A program made the translations under genes and the position numbers. From assembly GCA_964234715.1 (NCBI GenBank), contig OZ174283.1: DNA of 64,000 nt. One strand, given 5' to 3'. This DNA comes from Podarcis melisellensis (lineage: Eukaryota). Within the stretch, counting starts at the first letter, position 1. Each line of letters opens with the position of its first letter. Under the pieces are notes generated by a model. The model did no database searches. It was not told where the DNA came from and worked only from the letters and a program-made list of their open reading frames with translations. This document shows positions 19,066 through 33,490 of this stretch, one piece after another.

Positions 19066-20146
19066 GCCCAAAATCACAGTGTTTCAGGTTTTTCTAGTGG
19101 TGATAGCCAATGGAACAGCAACTGGTGATGATGGAATCCCCTCACCAGCATTGCTCCTTTCCCTGGGCAGAGAGAAACCTACATGCCATCCTAAGTTTCC
19201 AAATCTAATGCCAGATTCACTAATGGCCAGTAGTATTTTTATTGAAGGCGTTTTCACACACATTTTCACACATAAGAAGAACTTGCAGGATATCATTGCA
19301 TCAGGGGGGCAAATCTGGATACTGTTGGCTATAACACATGTCAAAATACATGCAAAAATATTTTCGGATTCCTTGATAACTTCCTGTTTTGTACTATGTG
19401 TCTTTCAGAATTCCTCTGTGCCCCACCGGAATACCTTTTGTCATAAGCAGAAAACACAGAAAGTGTTCCAAACAGGAAGAGGTAGGACAAAACTTTCCAT
19501 TTGCTAGATTGATACAAGGCCCATTGTTTTTAGTAACTGTGTTCAAGACAGTACTGTACTAGAAAACCATAGCACACCATTTTGGCTTTGTTTATAAATA
19601 TTTGTCTACTATCTACTTGATTTTCATTTTTAAAATATTTTTTTAAAAATATTTTACTTTTTTCTATCATTTTAAAAAGATGTAATATGTTTAGATTTTC
19701 ATTTTTTAAATAACCATCATTTGCAGAATTTCCTTGCTCACATTCCTTTAGACTGCACCAGTCTGGTATTGGAATAAAATGTACCTCAAAATGTACCAGC
19801 AAGTAAAAAATAATAATTAAATCATGCCAACATTGAGACTTTATCTTCTCCAGTAAGTCATGTAAGTCATTTGGGTGAACAACACCCACAAGGTAAAGTA
19901 CAAAACCCTAGGCAGTATGTGCAGTCTAAATTGACCTGACAGTTTTTTAAACATGAAAATATATTGCTGAAGTATAGAAGTGCAATAATAGTGAGTTATG
20001 GGTACAAGAAGTCTCATGGGCTTATCAGCCATATCACATGTACTTGAGCAGCTATGTACAATCAACACATTTCACAAATGGATTAATTGAAGGACATAAA
20101 ACACATTGTTGCAGTGATTTTCTGATATTGTATCAAACGTATAGAT

Positions 20147-20540
20147 CAGGGGTCCCCAAACTAAGGCCCACGGGCCGGATAAGCCCCGAGGGACTAGGTT
20201 ATCCGGCCCGCAGCAACCCCCGCTGCCCGCTGCGGCCACCCGCTCTTACCAGCACTGTGCTGCGTGGCTGCCCACTTCCAGGTCAGAGGAGCAGCGGAAA
20301 TAGCTTGTGTGCATGCGCAAGCATTATTTGCGCATGCACAAACATTATTTCTGGTGCACATTGGGTCGGAGGAGGCCCATGCAGATGCACACAAGCTATT
20401 TCCGGTGCTCCTCCGACCCGGAAGTGTGCCAGAAATAGTGTGTGTGCACGCATATGGGCACACGCTCCCCGCGTTCCTGCCTGCTGCGTGATCGGTGCAG
20501 GAGACACCGGCCTGAGATGCGGTAAATTTGCTGACCCCTG
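20147..20540. mobile_element. hAT-superfamily MITE
   Basis: TIRs CAGGGGTC / GACCCCTG; perfect 8-bp TSD GTATAGAT (20139-20146, 20541-20548); internal direct and inverted subrepeats. Confidence 0.9.
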
Positions 20541-23500
20541 GTATAGATGACTCTTCCCTTTTTCTTGGTGTCAACAGTGACAAACCCTACCAATGGCTCT
20601 GTGTCTAGACTCACCCAGAGTTTGATCAACTTCAGTGCTAGTTCTACTAGGAAGAGAAATGTATTTTGGAACATGCACATCATTGTGGGTTATTCAATAT
20701 GGGCATTTAAGCAGATATTGCCTACCATATTTGAAAACACAGACACACAATTGACCACTGTTCACACATTCTGAAGTGTATATGAGGACCAGTTCACCAG
20801 CTCATCCACACCACCCTGAGTTTTATTAAAATTAAAAATGATTTCTGGGTTGAAAGTTTAGTCTGAGATCTCTGTGTCATTATGCGTTGAAGGAACAAGA
20901 ATCACTGCCCTTCCTTTCTTTGGAGACTCACGTGTGAAATCTTAAAAACCAAAAATGTTGCTGTGGACATTTCTGGTTTGTGGTCAAGAAACTGCGATTG
21001 GATTTCTGTTTTTATGGTTTCCCCCCGATCTGTCAACTAGCATCAGGTTTGTCATAGCTAATCCATTGGTCAGTAGTGGAGAACTTATCAGTTATATTTC
21101 ATCTATGCGTTGTTACATTTCTCAGCCTCTGTCTGGTCTTTGCATGTTCTTTCTTCCTCACATATATGTATGTATCATTAAAAAATGGTGTTTTGAAATT
21201 GCAATGTAGTCAGAATTTTATGCCATATTTCCATGTTTGAATGGAATATGCTGCCTCATTGGCCATCCTCCTTTGAATAGCACTAATTGCTCATCAGTTG
21301 TAGTATTCTCAAATGGCACAAAACACAGTAGAAGTTTGTTAGCAAACATATCCCACACATAGGGTCAAGTTGGTCTCTTCCATTGGTGATTCATACTGAA
21401 GCTGAATCTTAGGGATTCTTTTGAAGGAGGCTAGTGACATTGTGCTCCAGACATGTTGGGGGAAAGTCTCAACAAATTTTGCAGAAGAGGGGTCATCTAA
21501 AAGGGTTGTCATACTCTTGGGCTGGGATGTTGGGTTTTTAGGGGGGAGAGGGATTGTTGTTGTTATTGATATTAATGTTGTTCAGTCTGGTTGTGTATTT
21601 ATTGATATTTTATTTATTGATGTTTGAGTTATTGTTTATTACTACTTTTGTTATGTGATAACTATGTCTTTTTTAATGTTGTAAGCCACCTTTATCATGG
21701 TTTCAACTATTGAAAGGTGGTATATAAATAAAATGATGTATGTATGTGTGTACCTGCTGAAGTGAGGGTGTATGCAGGTTGCTTGCAAACATGTGCAGAT
21801 CAGCTGAGATTCGAATGACCCCAAAAGCCAGAATAGTATGTTTTGTGTAAAACAATGGCTAAGATGAAAAACCGTTTTGCTGGGTCACAGGTAAGGATCT
21901 AACTGGTGGGAAATGTTACAATAATTCAGGTTTGTCAAGGAGTTTCATGTGATGCTAAGGGAAGTAGTGATCTGTCTATTATGAAAATTGAGAAAATTCT
22001 GGATTCTTAAATCTTCTAAACTCCTTCCTTACATAAAATCATCAGAACAGGCTAAGCACCTGTTGATATTATGAGTAACTAATAACTTTAAACAGCATTT
22101 TTAATCACTTTTTGCCCCTAGCACCCAGTAGTGTAGTGGCAAAATCAGACGTGCAGGGTCCTTTCATGATAGTCACAGTCATACTGCCTTCCAAAATTAT
22201 ACAATAATATTTTAGTTATGCAGATCTACTATTTTCTGTGCATGTACATCAGCGAATTATTTGGAATGTTGTGTTTTCCTTGAAGTTGTATGTAACAAAA
22301 CTTGCATACTATTCTCCTGAAACTGAAGGCCCTTGTGTTTTCAGTATCCCTAAATGCTTCACTTTAGACTCCTCCTCTGCAGTGTTATTTCTGTGCTCCT
22401 TCTGCAGAGTGACCCTCGAAGCCAGTTCTCAGTAGTTGACTCACCTTTCACACTGGCTCCAATCAGCACAAAGAGTGAGAAGACTTCTCAGTGGCTAAAA
22501 AACTCCCCTTTCATGCTGCTTGGGTGGCTCAAGGATGCTGAAGGCTGGGACCCTACATAAGAAAGCTTTGCTAGCAACTTTTCCTCAGCCCTTCTGAAAA
22601 GGGTAGAATTTGAGCTTTCAGTAAATTAATGAGGCAGGCAAATGGCAATTTAAACATTGTTGATGATTATCTGGAATAGGGAGTCATGGAAGACTGACAA
22701 AAAAGTTTCATTCCCCCCCTCCCCGAACTGTCATTGGTGTATTTGACCCCCAGTAAAGAGATTTAAAAGATAATAAATGAACATCTGGTAGTGTGCTGTA
22801 AGGCAGAGAATTGGATGAAGCTGGAAAAAAAATTGATATTACCACCTAGGAATTTTCAGGGTCAAGCTAGACATGAAAGCAGCAGATCTGCTACATTTTT
22901 AAGGGCTAAATAAAGCTCCTGATACACCCTTTTGAGGACAGGGTATGGTTTTAACCCTTTCTCCATACCATTTCACTCATCTGAGTCCCCCCAGCTTCAA
23001 AACAACAGCATTTATAACATGGAGGGAAATATAGGAGGGTCCCTGTATGTTTTGGCCCAAGAGGCAACCATGGAGACTTGGAGTTGTACATGGTTAAACG
23101 CCCCTCGGCTATACCTCAATGAGTTTTCTCAATAGTAGCCAAGATTTCATAAATTCAGAGCTCATGAACCTTGAAAAAAGGATAAATGGGATTTGGTGAG
23201 ACTAACATAGCAGCCACTTTTACCTTTAAAATGAAAAAGTGTGAGGGATTCATTTAAACTGGTTTTTGGGATTTACTAACTCAAAAATGAATTGTACTAG
23301 GAAGCTTTAAAAACTGAGGGCATATAGGGGTTATACGTTCTTATTATTTTCTGTGCAGTAGTATGCAGAAATATATCGTTTAGGGAATAAAAAAATAATC
23401 AGAGTTTATTGAGATGTAGCCCTCCCTACTCTTTCTTCTCATCCCCTTTCCTTTAACGCAGTGGCACACCATACATCCAAACTAGCAAACAACAGCCAGT

Positions 23501-23899
23501 GCAAATAATAGTTTGTTGCATCTAGATAAAACAGCAAATTATGTGTCAAAAATATGTGCACTTGCCTGGAGCTTCAAGAGAGGTGACATGGTAGCCCCGT
23601 CGAGAGCATGTGGCTAAAATTAGAAAAAGAAATAAAAACAACAGGGTTATATTGTAAATGGCCCTGTGATCTTCAGATGAAGGGGTAGAGAAAGGTAATA
23701 AATAATAATAAATTGATCATCATAAAGGGAGAATCCAGTCAGTAGGACTTTGATAGCTAGGAAGACAATAAAATCTATTCTAATTTGTAACCATCTTGAT
23801 AACAATGTCAATTTGTAATTGTCTTGATAACAAGCCAGTGATTAGCAGAAACCATTGTCAAGAATGAGTCCTTCCAGTCTAATATTATTATTTTTTTTA

Positions 23900-25270
23900 A
23901 ATGTTGATGGTGATAATTTAAACTTTTTAATTGCCTTTTACAAATCATCTCAAGGTGAGGTACAAGGTTGCATATGATAATGATAATGTAAAAATACACA
24001 GAAAAAGTCAGAGATTAAAACAGAATAAAAAGCATCCATTCTAATGATCACATCAATAAGTCATTATACAGTCAAGCAACAGCCACTAGTTAAAAGGCCT
24101 CTCCCTTGTAGCTGCCATCCAAGCTGGCAATGGGAAAGCATCCTTCACCACACCTGAGAGAAGCAAGCTAGTTTAGGTGATACAATCCAGGTCATGTGGC
24201 ACACCTGCCTCTGTCATGCAACAGAGGAGAGCTGTGGCTGGGGCTCAGAAGGAATGGGGGCTGCTTCTGTTGCCCACCCTCATCTGCTTGAACTGGCTCA
24301 TTATGACATGCTAGAGGCTACTCTGCCAATCCATCTTCAAAGGCATCCCCACTGCAGCATGAGGTTTCCAGGGCATATACCACTGAATCCAGGATATATG
24401 GGAATAGGTGAGTCATTATCCAAAGCTGTTAGAAGGCACTCCATATCAAGGAGACCATGTACTTCCAATGATAGTAGTAGATCCAAGAGTACTCTGGACC
24501 ATGAAGCTGATCCTTTAAGGGGAGTGTGACCCAACCCAAACTGGCAGAATTTCATGTGTCTGAACTGAGGAATTACTTCCTCTGTTTCTGTATTGTCTGA
24601 GTTTCAGTTTATTGGCGCTCATCTAGTTCATTACTGCAGTCAGACACAAGCTCAGCATGTTCGCTGCTTTACCTATCTGAGATTTACAAGTGAAACAGAG
24701 TTGAGCGTTGTCTGCATATAGATGACAATGCACTCCAAAACTCCAGATGATAAGAATGAACTCAGTACAACCCCCATACTGGAGGTTTCATGGGCTGAGC
24801 CATACCTGCCAGGTACCATCTTCTGGATTAACCCACCCAGGTTGAAGCAAAATAATTGAAAAGCAGTACTTCCCACCCCCTGCTCTGACAACCTACCCAG
24901 AAGTACACCATGATTGATTTTTTTCCCCAAAACTGACAGATCTAGGATGATCAACAGGTCACCATCCCTTCTGTCTCTTTTCCAACATAGCTCATCATAC
25001 AGAGTGATCAAGTGCTAAAGCGGAGGCTAAACTCTGATTAAAAAGGGACCAGAAAGTCATTCTGATTCAAAAGCACCTGGAGTTGGTCAACAACCACCCA
25101 CTCAAAAAGCCCAGGAAGGGACTGTTGCCAACCAGCCTGCAATTATTTGTATTTTGGTTGTGAGGCTGTTAAAAACAGCTTATGAAAGCAGCACAGAGTA
25201 GCTGCCACTTGATGAGAGAAAAAAGGAAGTAGCCTTTGCATACATGTTTATACCATCACACCAAAGGGCT
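23900..25270 (-). mobile_element. Old L2-clade LINE ORF2 3' portion (heavily degraded)
   Basis: Remnants LIILDLSV...INHGVLLGRL and a YAD-like segment (plus-strand tctgcata near 24711); boundaries approximate. Confidence 0.65.
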
Positions 25271-28200
25271 CCATTCACCTACATTATCATTATTAAACTG
25301 AGCTGTAAAAGCTCAGTTTTCTATTTTAAGTTAACTTTCAAAATATGTAAGCAGTTCAGACTTCAGGTTGCTAAGTCACAGAGGAGCAGAGTGTTGCATT
25401 CACCTGCATTAATCACTAGGGGTCTTGTTAATAATTCTCTCAGGCACTAAGTCTTATTTTCTACCACTGGGATCTATGAGAAAAGTGATAACATAGGCCT
25501 TCATGAAAAATAATGTGAGTAATTAATCAAAACCTTGTGAAAGGAAAGGATGGGGGTTTTGAGCATCTTGTATGCAATGCAAGCCATCTGCATTGTTCTG
25601 TATTCCATGTGCAGGAAGAATCAAACCAGTTTAGGAAAAGTGTTTCACCATGATAAATTTTGTCTTTAATCGTGCTTATAAACTTTTGTATAAGTTTATC
25701 CTCATACCAAACTATAAGAAACTCTCATAATTGCACATAATTGTGCCTGGAAAAGAATGGCAAATTAATGACTATACCATCCATTTCCCCTTACATATTT
25801 TACATGCGCTGCAAACCTGTAAATGCTGAGAAAGATACATTATCTATAATTCTCCTTAGGGTAGATTGTCTGCGGTGTGCAAGAGGAGAAGGTGAAGAGC
25901 TCCTATTATTGCTAATAGGTGCTATTGTGGCTAATTTCAGGCACCCTGTACTAGGAACATAATAATTTGTGGGCTTTCTGCCATAAAAATATAACTCTAT
26001 ATGAGATACAAAAGCAGTCCTATTTTCTACTGAAGTGCATTGTTGATAATATTATTTCAGTTCCCTAACATTTGGTCTGGTCTCTATTTGTTTCTTCAGA
26101 GAAACAGCAATCTGTGTGAATACCACTATAATAAAGCATGTCAACCTTTAAGTATCCTCTGTTCAAACTTGTCTTTTGTCAGTTATATGAAAATTGCTCT
26201 TCTCTTGTGGTGAATTTTTCCAGGGTTAGCATTTAGACTTTAATAGCTAATGTATAGACTTGAATGTTCTAGTGCTCCTATGAGAGGCACGTTGAAAGAT
26301 AACTATTCATAACTGTCTATCCTTTTGGGAAAGAGAGGAGGTTCCTTGGATATGCTGTTTCCTAACAAAACCAATACAATCATTTCTTTTCATAAAACGG
26401 AGGAGTAGAAAGTTACCTTACATCTGCCAGGGATAAAGCCATAATATTTTTTCCCCTTGTTAGCATGTGCTGTATGCTTGCCTATGTATGCACTCACTTT
26501 CACAGGTCTCTGTTAAAATGTCAGCTATTGTTAGTGTGGCTAGACTGCAGTTGCTACACTGAGTATATTCTTAGCATCATAAAGTGGAACAAGGCATTGT
26601 ATGGCAATGGTTATTAAGGTATTTAGAAAAAAGTATTTTCTGATTTATAATCTGCAAAATGTTGCTCTGAGTAAAAGCTTTGCTTCTTGAAATCCTTGAC
26701 TTCACGGGCTGGGCAAAAGACAGGTGGGTGTTAAAAGTGCACACCTTTGGCAGGAGCCAACCATAATTTCTGTTAAAGTGTTCAAAAGGGTGGTTTCCAA
26801 GTGCAAAAACATATATACTGGCAACTCATCCACCCTTATACTAGTTCAACACTAACTAAAGTAGAAAAGCATGGTTTAAATCATTTCCTGGATTCTTGAA
26901 TTTTCTTATATTGATGAGGAACAGAATATTTGTAGCAATTTATAGAACCTAGGTTGCATCTTCTGGATGTTTTTATAGCATTGTATATGTGACTTAACAT
27001 ATCAAATAAATCTGTTGTATACGTATTTATTATAACATGCCATGTATAGATTGTGTGTGTGTGTATTCAATATAATTGAATTCAATATAAACTGTGTAAT
27101 GATAGATTTAAAAATTATTATATATAATTTTAAAATCTATCATTACAAAGTTCATATTGAATTACAGTGTGTAGTATTTTATGTCCATGGTATAGTCTTT
27201 TGCGTATGCACTTCCAGTTACAGGAGGATACTTTCATTTGCATATATTTACTCAGAAGTAAGCCATAGTAGTTTCAGTGGCCTGGATCCAGTGATGTACA
27301 AGAAGAACACTTCTACTTGCACAATGCAGGCTTGCCAAATCCCTCCAATTTTCTTGTCTTCCTGTAAGCCTTTTCCTGGAATAGATAACAATAATGGGAC
27401 ACCTTCCAAGTTTAACAAAGAGAAATAGATCTTCTATGGGGAGGGGAGGTTTGCCTGTAACAATTGCAGGATAGAAATCCATCAAGAAAAGCTTTCCCAG
27501 CATGCAGTGCAGTAGAAAGCTTTTGCCTGTTTTGTCTCCTGTTGAAGGTGCAGGATGGCAGAGAAAATGTGGCAACAAAAGATGCAAAGCTGTATCAGAA
27601 GTGACTTGAGAAGCAGGAACATTTTTCATATTTATCACACAGTAGAATTTGAAGCTGTGTTAGGACTCTATCAAATTACTCCTGGCTGTGTATGAGGATG
27701 AGAAATCTACAGTTGCAAAGTGTCTTAGCCATTTGCAGTTTGGGATGAAATGGCTAAGGGCCAAACTAGATACATGAATTGTGTGGCTGCACTTCACACT
27801 TCTAATTTTTTAAAAAAGCAGTTGGGGAAAATAAGATTAGTGCAGGGAGTTTTAATCCCTTCCTCCCCAACTGTGGACCAGACAAAAATAAATAAATCCC
27901 ACTCCTGAAACCACAACCCAGGAAGGGAAATGGCTATAGGTGGGCGATTTTCTTCAGCACCACAGCCAACACATGACTTCATGTGAACATTTCTAAAGAC
28001 CCCTTTCTTACAAAACAAAACAAAAACTATTTCATTTTACTGCATTTCAGGTTGCAATTCCCAACAACATCACTCAAATCTAATCCTTCTTCTGAAAATC
28101 AGATTTAACTATGTGTTATAATGAAAACGGTCATTGTTAAAGTGTCACTGAACATGCATAAAAGGAGAAATATTTTCAAAGAAACAGAAAATGTGAATCC

Positions 28201-28677
28201 TAAAATATTGCAGGCCCAGTTTTAAAAAAATACATATAAATAATAATTTTCAACCTCCAAACAATTTTTCTCTGGTTTTCCGCACACTTATTTAAATATT
28301 GGCATAACCTATAATTTTTTTTAGAGGTGAAGCAAATAATTTAGATATATATATTCATTGTTTCAGCATTGTAGCAATATTCCTTCTAAGAAGTCCCAGT
28401 TAATGTTTTTGTTAATGGACTTACTTTTAAACTTAGTTCTGAAGAGCAAAAATTGTGGCTTCCTAATTTGCTCTGTTACCTCTAATAATATTAACATGCT
28501 ATTTATATGCCAGAGGCTACTCTTTGAAAAACAAACCCTGAACCATTTAGTGTTGTGATTTTTGTATGTGTTTTCATGTAGTCCTCTGGCCTTCATGGCC
28601 TCAGGGAAATAAACTAGTCAGTCTAGAAATCAAGAGTGTCAGTACCTGTGTCCTGAAGCTACTGGGTGAATATATAT

Positions 28678-29088
28678 AAGGTAACTTGCAACTTACGCTT
28701 ATTTAACTTACTCAATCACAGGTCTGCAGGGGAGGGGAATAACCAAATGGAGAGTAGTGGAAACCCAGTCTCCAGTTATTTCCCTACACAAACCTGTGCA
28801 AATCTTCAATTGCAGGCTTACCTGACTTTGGGAAGACTGCACAAGGGCTCTGGCAGCATCCCAGAGCTCTCCTGCCTCCTTCCCAAAGCTGGGTATTCAC
28901 TTACAGGGCCTTGGAGAAGCAGGGGGGAGGCTTTGGGACACTGCCAGAGACTTCATGCCACCTTCTGGAAGCCAGGTAGCCCCCTACCTTGCAGGGGGAC
29001 CAGTTCTGGGGATTCCTGGCTTCATGTGTTTTTGCATATACACGTGGACCCCCGGAACCGAACCCTCACATAAGGTGGGAGTTACCTG
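28678..29088. mobile_element. Degraded Tigger-like MITE
   Basis: Imperfect TIRs AGGTAACTTGCAACTTA / TAAGGTGGGAGTTACCTG|TA; interior aligns by eye with 37300-37612. Confidence 0.65.
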
Positions 29089-32000
29089 TATTGCAAGAAC
29101 TGAGAATTGAACTGTTTGTTCAACATTCTGGGACTCTGTTGAAATAGTTTATAACATCTGTACATTTCATGTACAATAATGAAAGTTATTTTGTTCCAAG
29201 TGTCAGGTTGTGGTAAGTTTGTACTTAAGGTAGAAGCTCTTTTGTAGGAAAGAGTGGAGTGTTTGAAAAAGAAAGACTGTAACAGTCTTTCCCCTTCTAT
29301 ATCAGGATTTGACCCCAGGACCTATACTAGTGTGGTTTAGAACAGGCCAGTTCCTACTTAATGAAGAAGGACAGCAGAAGGCATTTTCATTCATTCTCTC
29401 CTTTGTAGCTAATGGTAGCCTAGTATCCTAGAGAGTTGTCATCCATGTTCCTTAGTCCAATATCAAAACCTGAACCAGAAGTGCAAGTGCAATGCCTCAG
29501 CATACAAGGGGTTAGTGAACAAGGCAGGCCATTGTTTTTTAAAACAACATTACTGCTAGGCTTAAAAACCGTAATGAGAAGGAAGTTGGAAGTTGACGGG
29601 CAAGATGGTCAGCACTTCATGATCTTACTGCTTCTTAGTGGAAATTGAAAAAATGAGAAAGGCACTTGGATGTGTCACTGAACAAAGACACAAAATAGCA
29701 GGGTCAGATGCAGTTACACTTCATTAAGTTGCATTGGTACAACAACAACAAAGTACCACCTTCTTCTGGAACAAAAGAGTATATTCAGGATACACATTGG
29801 TAGCTGAAAAGTTAATTCCTTGATTCGATTAATGTCAAAATAAGAAATCATACAATGAAAAATGGGTTAATGAAAACATGCTGAAATATGTTATTCTAGC
29901 AATTTTATTACAGGCTTAGAGACCTTTACCGGAGCAAATTCTTTCATTTGTTCAGATGTTTTTCAGGGGCTTAGGTTGCTTTTATATTTGCAGAGGTCCC
30001 ATTAAGATCCCACTGGGTATTGGGAAGTGGTCCAAAAACTGCCTCACCATTGAATTCCAAAACTCTGCATGTGTGAGTGTCTTAATGTATGAAGCTGATT
30101 GCAATACTTCAGATGTACTGTATGCAACTCTATTCCAATTTGTTTTTCAACTAAGCATTTGACATGTTACATTGTGTTAAATCCCAGTTTAATGTAAAGT
30201 GACTTCCTGTGTCCGATAAGAAACACATTTTTAAGGGAATGCCAAGTACTCTTATGTTATTTCTATTAAACTGGCAGGCAGTTCCTTCTGTATTTGAAAG
30301 ATTATTTGCCAGAAAGTAGTGCTGGCTCTGTTGATGTAATAAGCATATTCTGGTATGTAATTTCATCTCTTCTAAACAGGACAGCATAGTTACATAATTG
30401 AAAGTGAACATGATGTAAGCAAACATATGAACACACTTCAGAAATGCCTAAAATATAGGGTGAATAATACCACATTCAGAAGCTCAGGAAGTTATTTTTA
30501 GAGACCTACAGTTACCTTATTAAACAAAGGGAAATGGTTTAATCTTCGGAGTAAATACTGTGAATTACATGTAATTTCCCTTAGAGCAAGATATGTTACT
30601 TTGTCTGTCTAGATTCTGCTATGTGTTTTGCACAGGTAATTCCTGACAGTTGCTTCTCTGTGCCATTAAAATATCAATGGCAGTTGGCAGTAAATGAAGG
30701 GGGAGAAAACAGAAATCCACAGAAAAGATTAGTAATATCTAAAAGTGGTTTAGGGTTCCTAGAGGGATTCCTCCCTCTTTTGACAACAAAGTGCACAGGG
30801 CAAGAATATGCATGGCTTACTTTGTCTTCTTATTTCTTTTGATCTGAAAGAACAATCAGATAAGGGTGATTTCTGAAGACAGTTCAGAATGAACAGATTT
30901 CAGTTGCCCCCAGTGATAACCATCATTGTCAACAGGAGGCATTCCAGGTAGTGTCACTAGAGCCTTCAGTGTTCAGAGGCTGAGCATTTTATCTTTTTTA
31001 TTTTTAAAAACTACTGCTGGGAACTCTCTTTATAGCCTGCACTGGCTGATGAGTATTTAGAGGATGAATAAACCTTGAAGGGGAATAAAGCCTGAGCTTC
31101 AGAGACTATCAATGAATACCAGAGGGAGAGAATAATTTAAGGTTAAGGTGGGAAATCTCATACACAGAAAAAAGGCAAAGCCTGTGTCAAGTGGCAGAAT
31201 AAATAATCTAGTGTTATGCAGGACACAAAATATCTTATTCAGGGTTTGGTTGACATTTTTTTGAACCTCTTACTTCAAATTTGAAAGGAAGAAGAAGATG
31301 GGGATTCACTGATAGCGTGATGTTTATCCACATACTTGATGCAGATTGTCAAAGGTCAGAAGAACTGAGAAGATTGAATAGAGAAGGGTGTTACTAGTCA
31401 TAATAGAACCCTCTTATCTTAGCTGTACCAAAGGACTTTCTTGTGCTAGGCATTCATGGTGTAATAAACTGCTCCTCACTTTGTCAAGTCCCAAGTTCTA
31501 TGACACCACCATCTTTATAGTAAGAATAGTAACTAATCTGGAATTGAGCAAGATATTGCAGTACTTATCACTTATTTTGATTTGGCATTGTTTGTTGCTA
31601 CTTCTTTGCAAATCTAATAGAAATGTATAACATAAGAGATTAAATACTGGGGGGGGGGTGTCAGCTCTGTATTCTTCCCAGACTGCAAGGCAAATACTGG
31701 GTGATTTGGATGACATACTCACATTCTAAAATCAGATTGTGCCATTAACAAGTTATCTTGAATGGGATACTAAATACTGTTTTGTCTGTATGCTCAGGTG
31801 CCTCCAAATGCTTAACATTTAAAGCAAGTGCTACATCATCATCATCATCGTCATTATTTTTAAAAATAGTCAAGCCATGATGATCAGGAAAATGCACTAT
31901 GCTTGAGTGGGGAGGAAGTGGAAAAGTGAGGGAATCTTTCATTTTGATGGACAAGTCAATTGTCAATTGAGATATCTCTCTCACCCAGGGAAAAGAGGCT

Positions 32001-32764
32001 GTATCCACAAAAATACACTTGCCATCAACTACTCTTGGGGTAATAGGGTTTGTGTTGTGGGATGATGTTTACCCCATCCATCTTTCCTGGGAAATTTATC
32101 CTCTTAAAAAACACACCCTTCCCCAATGCAGACCACAGGAGTGGAGTTTGCATCTCTACAAATTCCTAGTTTGAGTGAGAAGTAGAATTTTTCTCCCTCT
32201 GCTTGTCAAATTATCAATCTAATGATTAGGAGGGGGTGATTTGCATTCGCATTCAGGGTGCTGGGTTGAGGAGAGAAATTTAAGCCACCAATGTGCTGTG
32301 GTGTTTTGCTTTGTTTTGGTTTTTTGTTGCTGGCAGCACCAGAATTGGTGTATTTCCAGGGGCCAGAAAAAATGGCTTGCAGGTGTGGTTCAGGCCCCTG
32401 GGCTAGGGTTTAGCCAGCCCTGTCTAAAGACTGCAATGGACAGTCAAATGCCAAGCAAGGTCAGCCCTTCTTGTACTGTAATTGGGATAGGGTAAGAAAT
32501 AGAATATAGTTTAACAAGCACTCGGGCCATTTTTGTGGAGGTGAAGTGATTGCCTCCATGCAGTCTCTCACTGCTAAGGTAGCTGTGAATGGCTGAAGGA
32601 ATCTTTGGGACCATTTGGTCTTTGGGTACCCAGCATTGTTTTGTCTCTGGGGCTGGCAGAATATTTAAGCATTTAAGCACAATACTGAGAGGTCCATTGG
32701 TGTGACTCAGTATAAAGCAGCTCCTTATGTTATAAAGATTGTATTGAAGGAGGTTGGTAGGATT

Positions 32765-33490
32765 TGTTGTTGTTGGCATCTGTCTGTCTCAAGAGATAAT
32801 GGAGTGTGCCTCGGGAGGTGAAGTCAAACCACTGGGGAATCACGGCACCTGCTGTTACTTCAGAGATGGTAACTCGTATCTGCTGCCTCCCAAATTGTTT
32901 TTTGCTGAAAGCAGCTCCAAAGTGATATCTCCAGGGTGCAAGCCTGGACTGTGTGTATGGAGGTCCTGGGTTGCCCAGATGACAATATCTCCCTCTCATC
33001 CTCACTGATGTGGCCCAAAAGAAAGCAGAGCAATACATTTTGTACCAGCTTGGCTGAAGGAGTTGCCAGAAGGTGGTGTACAAGAAGGTATCCAACAGCC
33101 TCTGGATTTGTCTAGCCTTTTCTTCTTTCAAAGATGTTTCCATGGGGTTTACTCCTGAAGCTGGTGGGGTTTGTGCCATATGGTGTGTTAGAGGAGGGGT
33201 AGTATCTGTGGTGTGGAGGAAGTCATGCTCCTTCTGGAGTAGTTTGCCCACCTTTGATCCCCACCCTGCAATCCACATGCGACAACAAATAGATGAGGGT
33301 AGCCAATGGATCTCAGACCGTCAGTGAGTTAGGAACTTTCATTGCATGCAAAGATAGGCTCTGGTGGATTGAGCGACGAAACTAGTAGTGAGTCCAGCAA
33401 TAAAGAAGGAGCAGATGGGGCTTGTCAACCTGGGAAGGTAGCCCATCTAGGTGGAGGAAAGCTCTGATCCTAAAATTCTACTGCCTTGTG
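32765..33490 (-). mobile_element. RTE-derived non-autonomous retroposon with inverted 5' part
   Basis: Minus-strand 3' end ...TCTCTTGAGACAGACAGATGCC(AAC)n resembles RTE ends; 32774-33160 is colinear with 38681-38975, while 33183-33490 matches 38981-39366 in reverse. Confidence 0.65.

Noticed and set aside
20608-20665. Possible short minus-strand exon (tcttcctag...gtgagt); similar isolated splice-like sites near 19409-19485, 41685-41790 and 52100-52180
   Set aside because: No recognisable protein and no consistent exon chain; such motifs occur by chance. Needs RNA-seq or homology evidence
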